Assembly: GCA_043757045.1 (NCBI GenBank)
Contig: JAYVQC010000168.1
Coordinates: 1 to 59,101, forward strand
From: Akkermansia sp.
GTDB lineage: Bacteria > Verrucomicrobiota > Verrucomicrobiia > Limisphaerales > SIBH01
DNA: 59,101 nt
Reading direction: 5' to 3'
Each line of letters begins with the position of its first letter. The stretch's first letter is position 1. A program made the position numbers and the translations under genes. Of this stretch, positions 54,739-59,101 are shown in pieces. The notes below the pieces were generated by a model. It was not told the DNA's origin. It did no database searches and worked only from the letters and a program-made list of their open reading frames with translations.

Positions 54739-57700
54739 ATGAAACGCACTCTTGTAGCCCTCACCGCGCTGATCGCTGTATTCGTCGGCGCCGTTCAACC
54801 TCCAGCCCTGGCTCCGTTGCCGAACTTTGATCGACGGACGGATCATGCGCCGACCGCCCTGGCGCCGCAGTTTGCCGAAGCCGCCGCCGCGCTGGAGGCC
54901 CGGGTCCCGCAACTCCAGATCACGAGCAGCAAAGTGCTTAATGGCCCCAATTTTTTTTCCTCGCGCGACGGGTTCCTGACGGGTCCGAATGCGGAGGGCG
55001 GAGCGGTGCAGGCGAATACTGCGCGCGCCTTTTCCAACGACGATCCGCACCGGGCGGTGAAAGCATTTCTCAAGGAGCACGCCGGATTGATCGGGTATGG
55101 CGCGGACGCGTTGAGCAGTGCCGAGGTGCGCCGTGATTATGTGACCGCACACAACGGCCTGCGCACGGTGATCTGGCAGCAGAAGCTGGAGAATATCCCC
55201 GTCTTCGATGCGCTGACCATGGGGCACATCACGAAGCACGGCGAACTCGTGAATCTTTATACGGAATTTGTGGCGGATCCGAACCTGGCGGCGGCCCGCG
55301 GATTGAAGGGGCGCACGGTGGCCGCAGCGGCTGGCTCCACTCGTCTGTCAGCGGTGGACGCCCTGATCCTTGCCGCACAAAGCATCGGAGATGAAGTGAC
55401 CTCCGCCGCCCTGACCAGCCAGGGAGCGGCGCAGGGCCCGGCCCGCAAGGAAGTGTTTGCGGGTTCCGGAGTGTTGAAAGGCGACCAGTATGCGGAACTC
55501 GTCTGGCTGCCGCTCAACGCCAATACCCTGCGGCTTTGCTGGCAGGCCATTGTGGTCAGCAAAACGCGCGGCGAAGGATTCCTGTGCGTGGTGGATGCCG
55601 AGACTGGAGAAGTGGTGTTGCGCCGCGGTCTGACTCACTACATTTCGCCCGCGACCTACAATGTTTACGTCAGTGACAGTCCTTCCCCGTTTTCGCCGGG
55701 CCATTTGAATCCTTCCACCGTGCAGCCGCCGCTGGTGAACCGGCAGCTCGTCGTCACGCCTGCGTTGAACACCAATGCTTCGCCCAACGGCTGGATTAAC
55801 GATGGGGTGAACGAAACCCTGGGCAACAACGTGGATGCGCATACGGATCGGAACGGTGACGACCTGCCTGATTTGCCCCGGCCACAGGGGAATCCCAACC
55901 GCGTGTTCGATTTTCCGCTCGATTTGACGATGGCTCCGACGGCTTACAGTGCGGCGGCGACCGTCCAGCTCTTCTACTGGAACAATTTTATCCATGACAA
56001 ACTATGGGAACTGGGATTCACCGAAGCGGCGGGAAATTTTCAGGTGAACAATTTTGGACGGGGCGGTCTCGGCAATGATGCCGTCAGCGCGGATGCCCAA
56101 GATGGAGGCGGTTTCAACAATGCCAACATGCTGACGCTTCCAGACGGCACCCCGCCGCGCATGCAAATGTACCTATTCAACGGCCCGGCTGTTGATCGCG
56201 ATGGTGACTACGATGCTGACTTTATTTTGCATGAGTACACACACGGTTTGAGCAATCGCCGCGTGGGCGGGGGCGTTGGGATCTTCCAATTACAAAGCGC
56301 TGGAATGGGCGAAGGATGGTCCGACTTTTACGCCCTGTCTTTGCTCGCCGAACCCACGGATGCGATTGATGGAAACTGGCCTTGGGGAGCTTATGTTGGA
56401 TTTGAAATAGGCGGAAGTCAGTTTCACGATAATTACTATTTTGGTGTTCGTCGCTATCCCTACTCCACAAATCTTTTGAAGAACCCATTGACTTTTAAGG
56501 ATATCGATCCCACGCAGGCCAGTCCGCACATCGGTATTCCAGCCAATACTATCTTTGGAGCATTCAGGCTTTCCGACGCTCCTGAAGTTCACAACCAGGG
56601 CGAAGTCTGGTGCGTGATGCTGTGGGAAGTGCGCGCCAACTTGATTGCCAAGCATGGCTGGACCAATGGCAACCAACTCGCCATGCAACTGGTCACTGAC
56701 GCCATGTCGCTTTGTCCGGTGAATCCCAATTTTGTCCAATCTCGCGACGCCATTCTGCTGGCGGATCGCGTCAACAACAACAACGCCAACTACAACGAGC
56801 TCTGGCGCGCGTTCGTCAAGCGCGGTCTGGGTGCGGGCGCTACTTCGCCAGACAGTTCCACGACGCAAGGGGTGCGGGAATCGTATGACTTCCCCGGGCT
56901 TTCGTTGGTCTCGGCGTTTGCGGTGGATGGTTCCACTGGCAATGGTAACGGGGTCATTGACCCGAACGAGTGCGTGGAAATCTTCGTCAATCTGCGCAAC
57001 AACTCCGTCAGCACTGCCTTTTCCGTCACGGGCGTGCTGAGTTCCACGACTCCGGGTGTCACGGTCGTGCAGCCCAACTCGGCGTATCCAAACTTGGCGG
57101 TGAACGCCGTGGGGCAGAACATCACACCTTTCCGCATCTACACCTCCCCGAGCTTCGTTTGCGGCACCCGCATCCAATTAACCCTCGTGGCGACCGGGTC
57201 CGGTCAGCAAGCGACGACCAACGCGTTTGTCCTGCGCAGTGGTTTTGTGAGCCTGAACCCCGTGCTGCTCAACAACAACACGCCGGTCAGCATCCCCGAT
57301 GCGAACACGAACGGCGTGCAGTCCACCATCAATGTTTCAGGGATGAGCGGCGCGCTGGGTAAGCTGACCGTCTCACTTCACATCCTCCACCCGGCGGTCG
57401 GGGATCTGGTCATCGAACTCATCGGCCCCGACGGCACGAGGATCGCGCTGGCCAAGAACCAAGGGGCCGCGGGGGACAATTACGGGACCGCGTGCTCGCC
57501 GTTTTCCTCCCGCACGACCTTCGACGACAATGCACAATTCCCGATCAGCGTCGCCAATCCTCCTTACGTGGGCACCTTCCGGCCGGACGAGCCGCTTGAC
57601 GTGTTTGAAGGCAAATTCGCCGCGGCGGTGAACGGCGCATGGCGGTTGCGGGTCATTGATTCCGGCGCTAACGACGTCGGCTCTTTGCAGTGCTGGACGC

Positions 57701-59101
57701 TTGCGCTCTATCCCACCGTCTGCACCGATGGCGGCGGGCCTTGTGCTGCGGACCTCGCGTTGTCCGCCACCGCGACGCCCGCGCCCGCGCTGGTCGCGCA
57801 GGATTTGACCTACACGTTGACCGTGGCGAACTCGCGCCCGATTGACGGCACGGCCGTCACGCTCACGAATGTGCTGCCCGCCAACGTCACGTTCGTCTCG
57901 GCCACTTCACCCAATGGAGCGTGTATCTTATCCGGCGGCACCGTGCGCTGCACCTTCGGCACGCTGACGAACGGTGCCACGGCCACGGCCACCATCATCG
58001 TGCGGCCCACCGCGCTCGGCCTGCTCACGAACGTCTTCTCCGTCGGCGGCTCCACGCCGGACGCGAATCCGGCCAACAACGTGGCGACGGTGATTTCCAC
58101 CGTGAACCTCCCCGCGCCCGTGCTCGTGGCGGACGGCGCGCTCCTCGTCGGCGACGCCAGCGGCGGCATCGAGTCCGGTGAAACGGTGACGTTGAATCTC
58201 GCGCTGCGGAACACCGGCTCGGCGGCCACCACGAACCTCGTGGCCACGCTCCTCGACGGCAACGGCGTGAGCGGCTCCAGCGGCTCGCAGAATTACGGAG
58301 CCATCGCCATCGGCGCGAGCGCCGCGCGTCCCTTCACCTTCACCGCGCCGGGCAACGCGGGCGAAACCGTTTCCGCCGTGCTGCAACTTCAGGATGGCGT
58401 GCAAAACCTCGGCACGGTCACGTTCCACTTCACGCTCGGCGGCGACTTCACGTTTGCCAACGGCGCGGAGATCATCATCAACAACCTCGGTGTGGCGACG
58501 CCGTATCCCGCGACCATTGACGTGAACGGCGTGGCTGGCGTCATCGGCCAGGCGCGGGTCACGTTCACCAAACTCTCGCACACGTTCCCGGACGACATTG
58601 ACGCGCTGCTCGTCGGGCCGCTCGGCCAGAAGCTCGTGCTCATGTCCGACGCGGGCGGCGGCACGCCCATCGTGAACCGCACGCTTACCTTCACGCCCAC
58701 GGCTTCCGGCACGCTGCCGAATGAGAGCGCGATCGCGGCGGGAAATTATCTGCCCTCCGACTTCACCTCCGGCACCGAGCCGGCGGGCGACATCTTCCCC
58801 GCCCCCGCGCCGTCGGGACCGCCGGTCTCATCTCTCTCGTCCTTCAACGGCACCGTCCCGAACGGCACCTGGTCGCTCTTCATCCACGACGACGGCGGCA
58901 ACGACGGCGGCAGCGTCTCCGGCGGTTGGTCGCTCGGCCTCACCATCGTGGTGCCCGTGCTTCCGCTCGCGAATCTTTCCGTCACCGCCAGCGCCGCGCC
59001 CGTCCCGGCCGTCGTGGGCGAGCCGCTCACTTACACCCTCACCGTCGCGAACAGCGGCCCGAGCAATGCCACCGTCGTGGTGCTGACCAATGTGCTTCCG
59101 G
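54739..59101 (+). CDS. Secreted M36 (fungalysin-type) zinc metalloprotease with C-terminal CARDB-like, P-domain (x2) and DUF11-like repeats; 3' end beyond the window
   Basis: Not in the supplied ORF track, because there is no stop codon before nt 59101. ATG 54739 gives MKRTLVALTALIAVFVGAVQPPALA. My reading of this frame found no stop through nt 59101. HEYTHGLSNR at 56230-56259 followed by GMGEGWSDF is the M36 signature. P-domain-like GAWRLRVIDSGANDVGSLQCWTLAL and GTWSLFIHDDGGNDGGSVSGGWSLGL. DUF11-like ADLALSATATPAPALVAQDLTYTLTVANSRP. Confidence 0.85.
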   Translation, partial: MKRTLVALTALIAVFVGAVQPPALAPLPNFDRRTDHAPTALAPQFAEAAAALEARVPQLQITSSKVLNGPNFFSSRDGFLTGPNAEGGAVQANTARAFSNDDPHRAVKAFLKEHAGLIGYGADALSSAEVRRDYVTAHNGLRTVIWQQKLENIPVFDALTMGHITKHGELVNLYTEFVADPNLAAARGLKGRTVAAAAGSTRLSAVDALILAAQSIGDEVTSAALTSQGAAQGPARKEVFAGSGVLKGDQYAELVWLPLNANTLRLCWQAIVVSKTRGEGFLCVVDAETGEVVLRRGLTHYISPATYNVYVSDSPSPFSPGHLNPSTVQPPLVNRQLVVTPALNTNASPNGWINDGVNETLGNNVDAHTDRNGDDLPDLPRPQGNPNRVFDFPLDLTMAPTAYSAAATVQLFYWNNFIHDKLWELGFTEAAGNFQVNNFGRGGLGNDAVSADAQDGGGFNNANMLTLPDGTPPRMQMYLFNGPAVDRDGDYDADFILHEYTHGLSNRRVGGGVGIFQLQSAGMGEGWSDFYALSLLAEPTDAIDGNWPWGAYVGFEIGGSQFHDNYYFGVRRYPYSTNLLKNPLTFKDIDPTQASPHIGIPANTIFGAFRLSDAPEVHNQGEVWCVMLWEVRANLIAKHGWTNGNQLAMQLVTDAMSLCPVNPNFVQSRDAILLADRVNNNNANYNELWRAFVKRGLGAGATSPDSSTTQGVRESYDFPGLSLVSAFAVDGSTGNGNGVIDPNECVEIFVNLRNNSVSTAFSVTGVLSSTTPGVTVVQPNSAYPNLAVNAVGQNITPFRIYTSPSFVCGTRIQLTLVATGSGQQATTNAFVLRSGFVSLNPVLLNNNTPVSIPDANTNGVQSTINVSGMSGALGKLTVSLHILHPAVGDLVIELIGPDGTRIALAKNQGAAGDNYGTACSPFSSRTTFDDNAQFPISVANPPYVGTFRPDEPLDVFEGKFAAAVNGAWRLRVIDSGANDVGSLQCWTLALYPTVCTDGGGPCAADLALSATATPAPALVAQDLTYTLTVANSRPIDGTAVTLTNVLPANVTFVSATSPNGACILSGGTVRCTFGTLTNGATATATIIVRPTALGLLTNVFSVGGSTPDANPANNVATVISTVNLPAPVLVADGALLVGDASGGIESGETVTLNLALRNTGSAATTNLVATLLDGNGVSGSSGSQNYGAIAIGASAARPFTFTAPGNAGETVSAVLQLQDGVQNLGTVTFHFTLGGDFTFANGAEIIINNLGVATPYPATIDVNGVAGVIGQARVTFTKLSHTFPDDIDALLVGPLGQKLVLMSDAGGGTPIVNRTLTFTPTASGTLPNESAIAAGNYLPSDFTSGTEPAGDIFPAPAPSGPPVSSLSSFNGTVPNGTWSLFIHDDGGNDGGSVSGGWSLGLTIVVPVLPLANLSVTASAAPVPAVVGEPLTYTLTVANSGPSNATVVVLTNVLP

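Noticed and set aside
54631-55239. Minus-strand ORFs 54631..55239, 55348..55995, 56290..57177 and 57928..58581, the only track ORFs covering the right end.
   Set aside because: They are antisense to the open-ended plus-strand M36 protease gene, which carries unambiguous HEYTHGLSNR/GMGEGWSDF motifs. None has a recognisable motif.
1-59101. Search for tRNA, rRNA, transposase/integrase genes and CRISPR arrays.
   Set aside because: I found no T-loop/acceptor-stem tRNA-like structure in any intergenic spacer, no rRNA-like stretch, no DDE or tyrosine-recombinase motifs, and no repeat-spacer array. Detection by eye is imperfect, so tRNAscan-SE and Infernal should confirm.

Overview
High-GC bacterial chromosomal segment. 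I saw no rRNA, tRNA, CRISPR array or transposase. The gene content points to Verrucomicrobiota or a close PVC relative: an Amuc_1100-type pilus-like cluster with a secretin, signal-peptide TIM-barrel isomerases, DUF5069 and TPM genes, and giant Calx-beta/delta-60-repeat exoproteins. That assignment is inference, not a database hit. I call 27 protein genes.

- 1-7 kb: a PlsC-acyltransferase/SAM-methyltransferase fusion cut by the left edge. Next comes a minus-strand string of TIM-barrel enzyme, specialised NusG paralog, and an MmeI-like nuclease-methylase. It ends with a nuclease-less paralog that lies in the same reading frame after a single TGA.
- 7-14 kb: a DUF5069 protein, a TPM-domain protein, a lower-GC secreted-protein/small-ORF pair, a UvrD/PcrA helicase and a DUF433/DUF5615 toxin-antitoxin pair.
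- 14-24 kb: a GspE/PilB ATPase and two unrelated genes, then a PilM-PilN fusion, an Amuc_1100-like protein and a membrane protein. A TPR-secretin with a poly-Gly/RGG insert and a stand-alone 5'-3' exonuclease follow.
- 24.9-59.1 kb: an uninterrupted same-strand block of six signal-peptide proteins (473, 494, 1066, 3056, about 4774 and >1454 aa). Two are giants built from Calx-beta units and six 7-repeat delta-60 arrays. The last is an M36 fungalysin-type protease that is absent from the supplied ORF track because it runs off the right edge.

Most noteworthy:
- the in-frame tandem R-M paralogs behind a NusG paralog;
- the secretin cluster abutting the 34-kb exoprotein island;
- a shared ~70-aa C-terminal domain ending in (F/V)YR on three island proteins;
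- a CARDB/P-domain/DUF11 cassette shared by neighbouring genes.

Many long antisense ORFs in the track are GC-driven shadow ORFs and are rejected.
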